Shown here one piece after another: positions 1-15,000 of a stretch of DNA of 57,225 nucleotides (the first letter of the stretch is position 1; every line of letters starts with the position of its first letter). Location of the stretch: NCBI GenBank assembly GCA_030018795.1, contig JASEHA010000001.1:1-57225 (forward strand), given 5' to 3'. Source of the stretch: a bacterium (lineage in GTDB: Bacteria > UBA9089 > CG2-30-40-21). Under the pieces are notes generated by a model. It saw only the letters and a list, made by a program, of their open reading frames with translations, was not told the DNA's origin and searched no databases. The translations under genes and the position numbers were made by a program.

Positions 1-3000
1 GTTTTGTTTGGGACAAAGGGAACAATTACCTCTACTACTACAGATTTCTTAGGTTCATTTACTACTAACTTTACAATTAATACACAAAAATATGGAACAA
101 CCACTGTTCTGGCTATGGGAATAGTAAGCAATGGAACAGCTACTCAAGGTTTTGGGATTCGTGCATATATTATCATTACCCCTGTTTGCGGGACAGTAGG
201 TTCATGGATAACTGTTACTGGTAATGGGTTTGCAGTATTGGCTGAAACAAATGGAGAGCCTCTAAAGATTGATTTTGGGACAAGACAGGATATTTTCAAC
301 AGTCCTCCTCAATCGTCATCGAAAGATGGTACCTTTACCCTTTCCTTTACCATAGATACTCAATCTGCAGGGACAACAACAGTAAGAGCTACAAGTAAGA
401 TAACTACAGCAGCCACGAATTTTACTCTCTTCACCATCACCCCTAACCTCTATCTTGTTTCACCAACTACTGGCACGATTGGCTCAACTGTAACCATTTA
501 TGGTTCTGGATACTCTGCCGGTGAGGTGATACAGGTTGACTTTGGGACAAATGGGTTCAGGAATAGTGGGACAAAGTCAGCCTCAACCTATGGGACATTT
601 ACCGCATCCTTTACCGTTGATACCCAGCCTGCTGGAATAACAACAATACGGGCAACAAGCGAAATATCAGGGGTGAATAATGTTAATTACTTTGGGATAA
701 GACCGAATATTACTTATCGAAGCGGGCCGGGGAATGGATATACAAGGGTTGGGCAATCAATAACTATAGCTGGTAATGGGTTTGCAGCTGGAGAACAGGT
801 AGCAATTGGTTTTGGTAACAAAACAACAATTACTACAACCACAGCAGATAGCACCACAGGTTCATTTACCGCTACCTTCCAGATTGATACTCAAAAATAT
901 GCAACAACCACGATTACTGCCAGAGGAATGATCAGTGGGTTTAGTGTTAGTGGTGGTGATAAGGGCTGGTTCTTTATTCAACAGCAGATTGCTACCCCTG
1001 CTCCTAATTATGGATCAGTGGGGACAATAATTGCCGTTACTGGTGATGGATATGGTGAAAACGAGGCTATCAGACTGGCGTTTGGGACAAATCAAACGAT
1101 TGCATGGGGATATGCCTCATCCAATGGCTCGTTTGCAACAACATTTACCATTAACACTCAAAAATATGGATCAACAGATATTGAAGCCATTGGTAGTGTT
1201 ACCGGGTCAACCTTAAATAGTAAGAAACAGGTGAGTATCAAGGCAAAATTATATCTGGTAACCCCTAATACTGGCACAGTAGGAACATCGGTGATGGTTT
1301 ATGGCAATGGTTTTGCAACAGGTACTGCTCGAATTGATTTTGGAACAACCGTAAGCAGGGTGGAAAATGTTCCTGTAAGTGATTATGGGACATTGGCAAC
1401 ATCTTTTACCATTGATACTCAATCGTTTGGGACTACAACTATTAATGCTTATCATGATGTAGGTCTTAGTCGGCAGGTAGATAATCCTATTGGCTTTAAG
1501 ATAACAGGGAATATCCTGTATGTCTCCCCATTGAGCGGGACGATTGGCAGTGCAGTTGAGATTGCTGGTAACGGGTTTGGAGTGTCAAAAACAGTAACCA
1601 TCTTGTTTGGAACAAAGAGCAATATCAAGCAATGCAGCTCAGAGGTTAATGGCTCATGGACAACCAGCTTTACGGTTGATACTCAATCGTTTGGGACAAC
1701 AACCATCAGTGCCAGTGATCCATCTACAGCCTTTGCTGCAACATATACCTATTTAATTACTGCTAAATTGAATGAGCCGCAGCCTGGCTCAGGAACAGTT
1801 GGAACAACCATTACCCTGACAGGCTATGGCTATGGGGCAGGCGAGAGTGTAAATGTTAACTTTGGACTGACATCACCAATCAAGACAGTCCCTGCAAGCA
1901 ACTCTGGCTCATTCAGCACCACCTTTACAGTGAATGTACAAAAATATGGAACAACAACTATAACGGCTGCTGGTGCAAAGGGTTCATTTACCCAAACCTT
2001 TATCATCAATCCCAATATTGTCTCAATTCTGCCGACAGATGGTCCCATAGATACCATTGTTACGGTTAAAGGTAATGGGTTTGGAGCAACAGAGCCTGTG
2101 AGGATTGATTTTGGAACACGGCAAGGAATTGCTACAGTAACAGCTGCCTCTGATAATGGTTCATTTACTATTACATTTACAGTAGATGATCAGCCAAGAG
2201 GGCAGGTAACCATTGTTGCTGTAGGGCTAAATACCAATGGGAGTTCTATGAAGTTTTTTGATATTAAAGCTGGGCTTAAATCTATGACGCCAGTAAGAGG
2301 AACGATTGGGACAGTGATATTGATTGAGGGTGCTGGATATACTGAGAATACTGGGGGTACTGGAATTATTCGTGTTGATTTTGGGACTACCATGTCCATT
2401 GCTACTGCAACATTAACTGATGGGGGGACATTCAGTATAAGCTTTACTACTGATGTTCAACCTGCAGGGACAACTACAGTCATGGCTACAGAGGTAGGGG
2501 CATCAACCAATTCCGGCTTCAAGTTGTTTGATGTTCAGGCAAATATTGTTACAGTCACACCCAGCAGCGGCTCTGTGGGCACGATTGTTACTGTGTATGG
2601 AAATGGCTATGGCAGTACTGAGTCTGTAAGGATAGAGTTTGGATCAAATTTAAACATTATCACAGTAACGAGCATATATACTGGCTCATTTACAGCTACA
2701 TTTACTGTTGATAAACAGCCATATGGAACAACAACCATTAAGGCTATTGGTTCGCCGTCAGGCGAGCAGGCTGTGTCTGTGTTTAATATCATGCCGGGTG
2801 TTATTAGCGTAAGTCCAAATAGTGGCACAGTTGGAATTAGTGTAACAGTGGTTGCTGATGGATTTTTGGCTAATGAGGAGATTTGTGTCTATTTTGGGAC
2901 AGATTTACAAACCATTCAAATTTCTGGTCAAGCAGCGGCAGAAGGTTCATTCACTGCTAATTTTGCTATAACTACTCAGCCAGCAGGCAGTACTACTGTA

Positions 3001-6000
3001 GAGGTGAGGGCTGCTGTAGAAGCAACAAGGAAGGCATGGAAATACTTTGATATTATGCCAAATCTGACCTATGTTGATCCAATCTCTGGTACGGTTGGGA
3101 GTAGTGTAGTTATCGAGGGTAATGGGTTTGGTAATGAACAAGTAAGGCTATCATTTGGAACTACAGTAACTATGACTACTGTTAATGCATCAAATGGGGT
3201 TATTTATACACCATTTGATGTCAACACCCAGCCCTATGGCACGGCAACAATAGTTGGTTATGGATTGAATACACAGCGAACTACTGCACCATGGTTTTAT
3301 AAGATAACACAGGATGTTTATGTGGCTCCGACTTCAGGCACAGTGGGAACAATTATCAATATTACTGGCACAGGCTATTATAAGACAGAGACAATAAAGG
3401 TTGATTTTGGGACACATCCGAGCATTGTTACTGGCGTGAGCACGAATGCGGATGGTATGTTTATAGCTAACTTTACCATTAATACTCAGAGCTTTGGAAC
3501 AACGACCGTGAAGGCTGCTGGTTGGACATCCGGGCTTATCAAGACAACGATGCTTGCCATTCAGCCTCAGATTTATCCTATCATGCCAACCAAGGGCACG
3601 GTTGGCTTAAGGGTTACGGTTCATGCGGATGGCTATCCGGCGGGTGAAGTAATTCGTCTCAGGTTTGGTGTAACCGGGACAGTAAGCATAACCACACCAG
3701 CAGATATTACAGCCGATGAAACAGGTTCATTTACAGCTATGTTTACCATTGATACTCAGAGCTTTGGGACAAAAAGTATTTCAGCCTCAAGCGTTATAAC
3801 CGCTTGTGTAGCTGAAAATATTTTTGTTATTGAGCCGCATATCTGGTATTTTTCACCAACAATAGGGAGTGTGGGCACAATTGTTGAGATCAAGGGTGAT
3901 GGATATGTTGAGTCAGAATTGGTTCGAATTGATTTTGGGACAACACAAAGTATCACAGAGGCACAAGCATTACCAACAGGTGCCTTTAGCACTACCTTTA
4001 CCATTGATACCCAGCTCTATGGTACAACAACCGTAACTGCATGGGGCACAACTAATGGGCATGGGACAAGGACAACATTCTTTATTACCTCCAATATCTA
4101 CTCAACAAGCCCAACAAGTGGAACAATAGGGACATGGGTAAATATTATTGGGTGTGGGTATGGCAAATCAGAGACGATTGAGGTTGTCTTTGGAACAAAG
4201 GGGACGATTACTGCCAGTTCAAGTGATAGTGGTGGCAGATTTACCGCATCGTTTACAGTGAATACTCAGCCGCATGCAGAGCCAGGATATTATACACTGA
4301 TTAAGGGGTATGGAACAGCAAGCAGCCAGATGGCACAGAGTAACTTTACTATTATACCAAAGGTTATCTCAATTACACCTGTTTGGGGAACAGTAGGAAC
4401 AATAATTACTGCTGTTGGTAATGGGTTTAGCTCATCAAAGACAAGCATTAATATGCAATTTGGATCAAATACCTCTTCCCTGCCCAAAGCATCTTCCAGT
4501 ATAGATGGTACATTTACCATATCCTTTACTGTTGATACGCAAATAGCAGGCTCAAACACAGTCAATGCTAATGATCCAAATGTAGGGTGGGCAGTACCCA
4601 ATTATTTCAGGATAGTTGCCCAGATTACCAGTATTACCCCAACAAGGGGAACGGTTGGTAACACAGTAAGTGTTTATGGCAATGGCTATGGTGCCAATGA
4701 ATTGGTAGAGGTTAGCTTTGGTGATTATGCAACAATAGCTGCAGCAACCTCTAATGGTATTGGTCAGTTTACGACAAGCTTTGTGGTTAATAGTCAGCAA
4801 TATGGGACAACAACTATTATCGGTGTTGGTACATCTACCAGTGAGCAAGGGACATTTACCTTCTTTATTATTCCGCGAATAGATGTGCTGTCACCCAACA
4901 ATGGGTTTGTTGGCAGTCAGATTATGATGAATGGCTGTGGCTATGAATCAATGGCAGATGTCAGGGTTGCCTTTGGGCTGACACCAATCATAGCTAATGG
5001 AACATCAAGTGGTAAGGGCACGTTTACAATTACATTTACCATTGACAGCCAGCCATATGGCAGTAGAACGGTTACTGTGTATCAAACTGATGATACAAAG
5101 AATGCATCCAATCAGGTATTTATCAAGTCAAAGATAATTGAGGTAACCCCGAATTCAGCAACCGTTGGCACAACCATTGCTATTAGCGGGACTGGTTATG
5201 GTGTATCCGAGAATGTCTATCTTAGTTTTGGGAATATGCCAGTGGTTACCAGTTACAAGACATCTGATTATGGAACCTTTACCGGCAACTTTGTGGTCAA
5301 TACCCAGGTTTATGGAACAACCACTGTTCGGATATATCCATTACCAGCGTCTGATTTAAGGCATGAATACACAACATACTTGAACATAAGGGGTGCTATC
5401 TATCGGGTGGAGCCAACCTCTGGCGGTGTTGGCAGGGCAGTAACCATTTGGGGTAATGGCTTTGGAAATGCAGAGTCTGTATCAATCAAGTTTGGAACAC
5501 ATGAAAGTATAACCTCTATTACTACTGCAGGTGATGGTGGATTCTCAGCCAGCTGGACAGTTGACACTCAAGGGTTTGGAACCACAAGCATCATAGCCAG
5601 AGGTGGACAAACCAACGAAACAGCAGAGAATATCTTTATCATTAAAGGCTCTATTGTCTATCTTAGTCCAACAATTGGTACAGTAGGAACAGATGTTGTC
5701 ATTAAGGGTGATGGGTTTGGGTCATCTGAGACTGTTCGTATCAGTTTGGGCAAGAATACGACTATTACTACTACTGCCTCAAATCAAGCTGGCTCATGGA
5801 CAACAAGCTTTACCATAGATACCCAATCCTATGGGACAAAGACGGTTCAGGCTTATGGGGTTGTTTCTGAAACATCAGATACAGTAGGCTTAAGGATTCT
5901 GCCAAAGATTATTGATGTTACGCCAACAACAGGGACAATAGGGACATTGGTTGCAGTTTCTGGTAATGGCTACATTGCCTCAATTGGGATAGGGATAAAT

Positions 6001-9000
6001 ATCGGGCTGACAATAAATATTGGTTTGACACCATTTGATGCCAAAGCAGATGAAGATGGAACATTCTCGGTAACATTTAATATAGATGATGAACCGTTTG
6101 GCAGTAACACAGTTACAGTTTTAAGTAAAGATAGTCTGGTTAAAGATACAAGGTGTTTTGTGGTTAAACCCATGGTCAGTGTAACACCTGTAACTGGTAC
6201 GGTTGGAGCGTCTATCACGGTTTCTGGTAATGGCTATGCTCCAACAGAGGTAATTCAAATAGACTTTGGGACAAGGGTAGAATACGCGACAACATCAACC
6301 ATTGCTTCAGGTGATCCGTCTGCGTTCCGCGGCTCGTGGCAAAGGGTAATGGCAGTAGATGTTCAGCCATATGGAACAACAACTATTCTGGCAACAGGGC
6401 TGGGCTCAGGTGGCATAGAAAGGTGTATCTTTAATATCAGGCAAAGATTAACAGCGATTACACCGTCTTACGGGACAGTTGGCAGCACTGTAACCGTGAA
6501 TGGCAATGGCTATGCAGCGTTAGAAAATATCAGAATAGGGTTTGGCAAAACGACAAGCATTTACAGCATACAATCTTATGATAATGGTGTGTTTCAGGCA
6601 GTCTTTACAGTTGATACCCAGCATGATGGTCCTAAGACAGTGCTTGCAAGCGGGCTGGGCTCTGGTTCTGATACGACTACTTATACCATTATGCCACATA
6701 TTGTTTCTGTCTTACCATTTACCGGGACAGTGGGCACAAGCATAACAGTTATTGGGGATGGGTTCAGGACATCAAGCAATATTCGTATTGATTTCGGGGA
6801 TAAAGAAGGTATCAGGACACTTGTTACCTCTTTTGACGGTACATTTACCACAAACTTTACCGTGGACATTCAGTCACAGGGGACAAAAACTATATGGGCG
6901 ATGTATGGGGCTGAGGTTGGCACCATCAGCAGTTTTGTTATTAATCCAAACATTACTGAAATTACACCGGCTGCAGGAATAGTTGGCTCAAGTGTAACAG
7001 TTACAGGTAATGGCTATTCTCCAAGCACGGTGTCCATTTACTTTGGGACAAATGCAGCCATGATTACAAATACAATTGCCAGTAGTGCCGGCACATTTAC
7101 CAAAGACTTTGTGATTAATACTCAAGCCTACGGCACTACTACAGTAATAGCAAAGGATATGGCTTCAGGGAAGCAGTCTATAGGCAGCCTTACCATTAAA
7201 TCAAACATCTATGAGCTGACACCAACCTCAGGGACAGTAGGCAGTTCAGTAACCATCCGGGGGACAGGGTATATTGGTGAGGTATATAAGCAGATAAGGA
7301 TTGATTTTGGGAATACTCAAACTATTGTGAGTGATATATATACAGGAGCTGCTAATGGGACATTTAGTGCTGTATTTTTTGTCAATACTCAAGGGTATGG
7401 GACAACAACCATCAAGGCAACCTATATTAATGATGCCAACCAGACCGCAGAGAGGATTTTTGCTATTCAGCCTGTTATTTACAGGATTAGTCCGACATCA
7501 GGCACGATTGGGGCAGATGTGACTGTTTATGGGAATGGCTATGTAGCAAGCGATGTTGTTTCTATAGCATTTGGTTTGACATCAGGTATTGCTACAGCTA
7601 CGGTAGAGGCACAGGGTTCATTTACTGCCAGTTTTATGGTTAATACCCAGCCGCTTGGATTGACAACAATTACAGCCTCAGGGACAATGAATACCACAGC
7701 CAGCTTTATGTTCAGAATAGTGCCAAAGATTACACTGGTTAGCCCTGGTAATGGAACGGTGGGAACAATAGTTCAGGTTGAGGGTAATGGTTATCAGGCA
7801 AGTGAGCAGGTAACCATCAAGTTTGGAGCACAAAATGTGAGCTTAATAAATGCCTTTAGTGATGGCTCGTTTACCACTACATTTACAGTAACTACACAGA
7901 AATATGGGACAACAACGATTACTGCTACTGGTGGGACTTCAGGTGGGACAGCGACAGGCACCTTCTTTATCCTGCCTGAGGTTTATCAGGTTTCACCCAT
8001 ATCAGGCACAGTGGGCACATTGATTACGATTTCAGGCACAGGGTTTGGGGCAAACGGTACTGTCAGCATCAAGTTTGGTGGGACTGCAGGTATTGCTAAT
8101 AAAAAGGCGTCTGCTAACGGTTCGTGGACAACAACATTTACTATTAATGCTCAAAGTTTTGGCACCACAACTATTGTCGCATCTGATATAAGCATACCAG
8201 CAGCAACAGCCTCAAATATCTTGAGGATTTTGCCATATGTTACGATTACCCCAACAGCTGGGAGTGTGGGAACAACTGTGTTTATATCTGGTAATGGTTA
8301 TGGGAGTGTGGAAGGTGTTCATGTTGGGTTTGGAACAATCATCACGGCTACAACCATTACCTCAAATACAGATGGTTCATTTAGCGGCTTATTTGTGGTG
8401 GGTCTGCATACATACGGAACAACAACCATAACAGCTGCTGGCTTAAATACATCTGCTGCTGAAAAGACATGCTTTGATGTGGTCTCTGCCATTACCCTGA
8501 TTACACCGACTCAAGGCATAGTAACCACAGTAGTTACTATAGCTGGTAATGGCTTTGGGGCAAGTGAACAAATAACTATTGGCTTTGGGAATATGGCAGG
8601 TATAGCCCTGTGCTCAAGCGATGACTATGGTTCATTTACCACTATCTTTACTATAAATACACAAAGCTATGGGACAAAGTCTGTGTTTGCTACAGGTACT
8701 GTCTCGGGCGAGGTAGCTATAAGTGCATTTAAGATAATTGGCAGGTTCTATGGTGTTTCTCCAAATAAGGGAACAATTGGAACAGTGGTTACTATTAAGG
8801 GTGATGGATATCAGGCAAGTGAGCTATTGTATGTTGACTTTGGGCAGACAACAGATATTATTTCAACAGCCGTGTTTGCGGATGCAGAGGGCTCCTTTAC
8901 CTTTACCTTTACTGTAAACACTCAGGCACAGGGAACAACAAGTATTATTGTGAGGGCAACTCAATTTGGCAGCAATCAGAGTATAACCAATGTCTTTAAT

Positions 9001-12000
9001 ATTGAGCCGCATATTACTAATGTGGCTCCAACAGATGGCTTTGTTGGTGATTGGGTGACAATTACTGGTGATGGCTTTGGGGTGTCAGAGACAATAGGTG
9101 TCAAGTTTGGAACAACATCAGCCATTTCATTGATCAGCACGAGCGATAAAGGGACATTTACGGCTGCATGGACAGTTGATACTCAAGGGTATGGGACAAC
9201 GAGCATTGTTGCAGTTGGAGAGATAAGTGGTGTGAGCGACTGGGATGAGTTTGTAATTAAGGCAAAGATTACCAGTGTAACACCCAGTCAGGGGACAGTA
9301 GGAACGATTATTGTGGTTGATGGTAATGGATACAGGGCTTCTGAATGTGTAAAAATAAGCTTTGGCAATCATTCAACCATTACCACAGCTATTGCAAATG
9401 GCTCAGGTGTGTTTACAGCGTCCTTTATTATTGATACACAATCTTATGGGAATACCACTATTACTGCCATAGGTACTGGTTCTGGAGCAAGTTCATCTGG
9501 CAGCTTCAAGGTGCTCAGTGAGGTTCCCTGGATTAGTCCAACAATCGGGACAGTTGGAACAGTAGTTACTGTGCTTGGGACTGGTTATGCGGCTTCGGAA
9601 TGGATATCTATTAATTTTGGAACAACAGACGGTGGTGCAATAATAAATAAGCTTGGCACAACCTCTGTAAACGGCAGCTTCTCAGTAACATTTACGGTTA
9701 ATACCCAACCCTATGGAACAACTACAGTAAAGGCTTATTCTCATGATTATCCATCAACAAGGTATTTTGAGAGAGGCTTTGTTATCACATCAAGGATTCT
9801 TACTGTTACCCCGGATCAGGGGACAGTTGGGAAATTGGTAAGTGTTACTGGTAATGGTTTTGGGGCAGTAGAAGGGGTGAAGATTAAGTTTGGCAGTGAG
9901 GTTACGATTGCTATAATTACCTCTGGCAGTAATGGATTCTTTAGCGGCTTCTTTACAGTAAATACTCAGGGGTTTGGAACTAAGAGTGTTATAGCAAATG
10001 GGCTGCAAGATACAGCCAATCATACTGGTCAGGCTGAGTTTAAGATAAGGGGCAGGATGACTAATGTAACACCATTGTCTGGAACGGTTGGCTCAAGGGT
10101 TACGGTTAAGGGTGATGGCTATGGAAGTTATGAGGATATAGCTATTAAATTTGGTGAAACAACAAGCATTACGACTGCAAAGGCAGAGTTTGGCACAGGT
10201 ATATTTGCTATTGGCTTTACAGTTGACAGCCAGTGTTTGGGTACAAAGACCATTACCATCCTTGGGCTTGACTCAGGAGAAACAGCTACAGCAGCCAGCT
10301 TTACTATCAAACCTGAAATATGGAGTGTTAGTCCAACCAAGGGTTCGATTGGCACAGTCGTTATCCTGAAGATGACCGGCTATGGTCCAACAGAATTGAT
10401 AGCTATTAACTTTGGGAATATCTCAAATATTGGTTATAGTGATTATACCTCAAATAATGGTACTGCTTTGGCAACAATAACAACAACAACTCAACCCTAT
10501 GGCACAACTACGATTACAGCTATTGGCACTATTACTGGTGCCTCTGCTGCCAACAGATTTGTGGTCAGTCCAAACATTACTTTAGTTACACCCAAGCTGG
10601 GCAGTGTGGGCACATTGGTAAATGTTACCGGTGATGGCTATTGGGCAAGTGAGACGGTTACGCTTGAGTTCGGGACAGGCTCTACAAAGCTTACAAAACA
10701 GGGGACAGCTAGTCAGATGGGTATCTTTAACCTGACGTTTACGGTTAATACTCAGGTGTTTGGGACAAAGACAATAACAGTCTCAGGGACTACTACTGAT
10801 ACCCATAAGGCAGAGAACTATGACTTCAAGATACTACCCAGCATTATTGAGGTTACACCAGGGCAGGGGACAGTAGGGCAAATAATCACGGTTAAAGGAA
10901 ATGGCTATGCTTATGAAGCAATAACGATTGGATTTGGGACTAATGCTGCTATTCTTACTAACAAATGGGCAAATACAAATGGCACCTTTAGCTTTAACTT
11001 TACTGTAGATACTCAAAGATATGGTACGACAAGTGTGACGGCTGCCGGTGCAATCGCTGGTATGGCAACATCCACATTCTTTATCAAGACAAGCATTTAT
11101 TCCATTTCGCCGTCAGAGGGAACGGTAGGATCATTGTTGACTATTAATGGTAATGGGTTTGAGGCAGGCATAGAATTATCTATTCGCTTTGGTGTGCCGC
11201 TGTTGCAAAACCCTGGAACAACAACAATTGCCGGCAGCTTTGAACGATTCTTTACCTTAAATGAGCAGCCTGGCGGAACGGTTACAGTAAATGCAACTGC
11301 AGGAGAAGCAAAAGCAGATAGGGCATTCTATATTAAGGCAAATATCCATACAGTCAGCCCATCTGAGGGTTCTGTAGGAACGAGTGTAACGATTGTTGGT
11401 AATGGATATAAGGCATCTGACACCATATCAGTTAGTTTTGGGACAACACCCAATATAGGTACTGCCTCTGCATCAGGTGTGGCTAATGAAAGCGATGGTC
11501 TTGGTGGCACATTTACCTTAAGCTTTACCATTAATTCTCAACCATGTGGTTCAACCACTATTACGGCTAATGGACAAACACTTAATAGTGCTTTTAATAT
11601 ATTCTATATCAAGGCAACTATCTATAGCATGACACCAACAGCAGGGACAGTAGGGACATTGGTTAATATCTCTGGAAGCGGGTATAAAGCAACCGAGATG
11701 ATTAATATCAGCCTTGGCAGTCATCCTAATATCACTAATAAGGTTAGCGGTACAGATGGCCGGTTTACAGTCTCGTTTGAGATTGATACTCAACCCTTTG
11801 GCAGTACAACCATTAGTGCTATTGATGATGATGAGCCATCTATTGCTGGTTATGAACGATTTATCATTAGACCAGCTATCTATGCTACAACCCCGACCAT
11901 TGGGACGGTTGGCAATGTAGTAATCATTAATGGTAATGGCTTTGGGGCAGATGAGGGGATAATGGTTGGCTTTGGGACAACACCAACCATTACTGAGGTA

Positions 12001-15000
12001 TTGGCGAATGGTTCTGGTGTGTTTGAGGCAACATTTACGGTTGATAACCAATCAATAGGTTCAAATACCATCACAGCCTATGGGACAACTACTGGTACAT
12101 CAGCGGTTTCTTACTTTAGGGTTGAGCCGCGATTGACATTGATTATACCAGAGACTGGCTCAGTGGGAACAGTGGTGAGCTTGAATGGTGATGGGTATCA
12201 GGCAAATGAATTGGTCAGGATTAATTTTGGTAACAGGGCATCTATTACTACGACAACAGCCTTAAACGATGGACGCATTATCACCAGCTTTACCATTGAT
12301 ACTCAAGTTTACGGGACAACGGCAGTAACAGCCATTGGCAATGTATCAAATGGGACAGCAGTAATTAATTTCCATATCACACCAAATGTCCATACTGTTA
12401 GCCCGAAAACTGGCACGGTTGGAATGACTGTAACCGTGATCGGTGATGGGTTTAATTTCCAGGGCAATAATATTGTTATTGATTTTGGTGATGCATCTGG
12501 ACGGGCTAGTGTTGCGGCATCTAATAATGGCTCATTCAGCACCACCTTTACAGTAGATACTCAAGTTTTTGGGACAAAGACGGTTCATGCTTCATGGACC
12601 AGTGTGGATACAAGTATATTTGCCGATAACAGCTTTAAGATTATTCCAGCCATACATACGGTTTCACCATCTACTGGTACGATTGGTCTGGTAATTACTG
12701 TTGCCGGTAATGGTTATGGCTGGTATGAAAATGTTGAGATTGGGTTTGGAACAACACCGAGTATTGTTAAGCCGCAATGTGGTACTATCGGACAATTCTC
12801 AGTTATCTTTACGGTTAATACTCAAGTGTATGGAACATGTGCAGTGGTTGGGACAGGGACAGACAATAGCTGTGTGGCTGCATCTACATTTTTCTGTCTG
12901 CCGCATATTGTTTTAGTTACACCGAGTTCAGCTACAATAGGCACCTTGATTGCTATTACTGGTGATGGATATATTGGCAATGCAAATGGCAGTCTTACCT
13001 TTGGGACATATCAGGGTGAGATGGGCACAGCATCGGTTGCGGGTACGTTCAGCACTGTATTTACCTTAAATGAGCAGGCTGGCGGTTCGTTGACTATTAC
13101 TGCCAGATCAACTGGTGCTGGTCATGAGGCTGTTGCACCATTCTATGTTAAGGCAAATATTCACACCCTGACACCAACAACGGGTACGGTTGGCACATGG
13201 GTCCAATTAACCGGTAATGGATACAGGGCATTGGGGACAATTACTATCCATTTTGGTTCAACCAAAACAGTAGCAACTACTCAAGCATCTGATATTGTCA
13301 ATGGTGAGGGTGGAACATTTACTAAGGGCTTTACTATCAACACTCAGGTCTATGGGACAACAACCATAACCGCGGCAGGTTCAATTAATTCAGCCACCAG
13401 ATCCTTTACCATTCTGCCCAATATCTTCAGGGTTTCACCTGATACAGGCACAGTAGGGACAAGGGTGACAGTGGCTGGTAATGGTTATCCAACAGGTGCA
13501 ATCAGTCTTAATTTTGGAAATAAATCAAATATTGCTACTGGTACAATGGGGACATTTGGCTCGTTTACCCTATCCTTTACCATTGATACTCAAGGTTATG
13601 GGACAACAACCATTACTGGTATTGGCACAGCAGGGGTATCATTTACACGCACACTTGTTATCCAGCCCAATATCTGGCGGGTAAGCCCAAATAATGGGAC
13701 AGTAGGGACATATGTGACGGTTTATGGTAATGGTTATGGTGCAGGTGAGATGGTAAACATTGATTTTGGTACTACCCTATTGATTACTGCCACAGCTACA
13801 ATAAGTAATGGCAGCTGGACAGCCATCTTTACTGTAAACAACCAGTCCATTGGCTCAAATACCATTACTGCTACTGGGGTAAATACAGGCACTGTAGCGG
13901 TATCATCATTCGTAGTCAAGCCAAAGATAACCAGTATTACCCCAACATCCGGGAGTGTGGGCACAGTAATAACCATTACTGGTAATGGCTATCAGGCTTT
14001 GGAGTTGATTCGTGTTGATTTTGGAAGTACCGCAAGCGTTACTCAGGTTTCAGCAAGCATAGATGGAACATTTGATGTATTCTTTACAATTGGTGTTCAG
14101 AAATATGGGACAACTGCGGTTATAGCTCAGGGGATAAATTCACAGGGCTCATCAAGTATAGGGTTTAAGATAACACCGAATGTTGTTTCTGTTTCACCGA
14201 GCGAGGGGACAGTAGGCAGGGAGATTACAGTAACTGGTAATGGGTTTGAATATGGACAGATAGGGATTGGCTTTGGGCAGACACCTACCCTGACAAATGT
14301 GATGAGCAGTGGGAATGGTTCGTTTACCATGAGCTTTGTTATTGATACTCAGGTTTATGGGACACAGGCAGTTAAAGCATATATGATGACAAATCAGAAT
14401 GTATTTGCAGAAAAAACATTCTTTATCTGGCAGACTATTGATGAGATAACACCGAATAGGGGAACGGTTGGGACAATGATTACGGTGAGTGGGACAGGGT
14501 TTGATGATGGGGATGTGATGAAAATAACGCTTGGTGTGGCAGATGAGTGGGATATTCCCTCTGCAAGTTCAAGGGGTTCATTTACAGGCAGTTTCCAGAT
14601 AAATACTCAAGGGTATGGAACAACAACGGTTACAATTCGTGGTGTTAAACCTCCAGAACAAGGAACATCTACAACATTAGTAATTTTGCCGGGGATATAC
14701 TCGGTGTTACCAACAGAGGGGAGTGTAGGCACATTTGTTACAGTAATTGGTAATGGGTTTGTGGCTACAGATGTGGTAAGTATTGCCTTTGGAATTACAT
14801 CAAATATTTCTACAGCTACAGTAGGAAGCAATGGTTTGTTTACTGCTTACTTTACAATCAATACCCAGCAGCTTGGCACAACAACGGTTTCTGCCTCAGG
14901 GACAATGACAACCATAGCTACCTCAACCTTGAGGATAATTCCTGCCATTACTATGCTTAGCCCAACAACCGGCAGTGTTGGGACAGTGATAAGCATAGAG

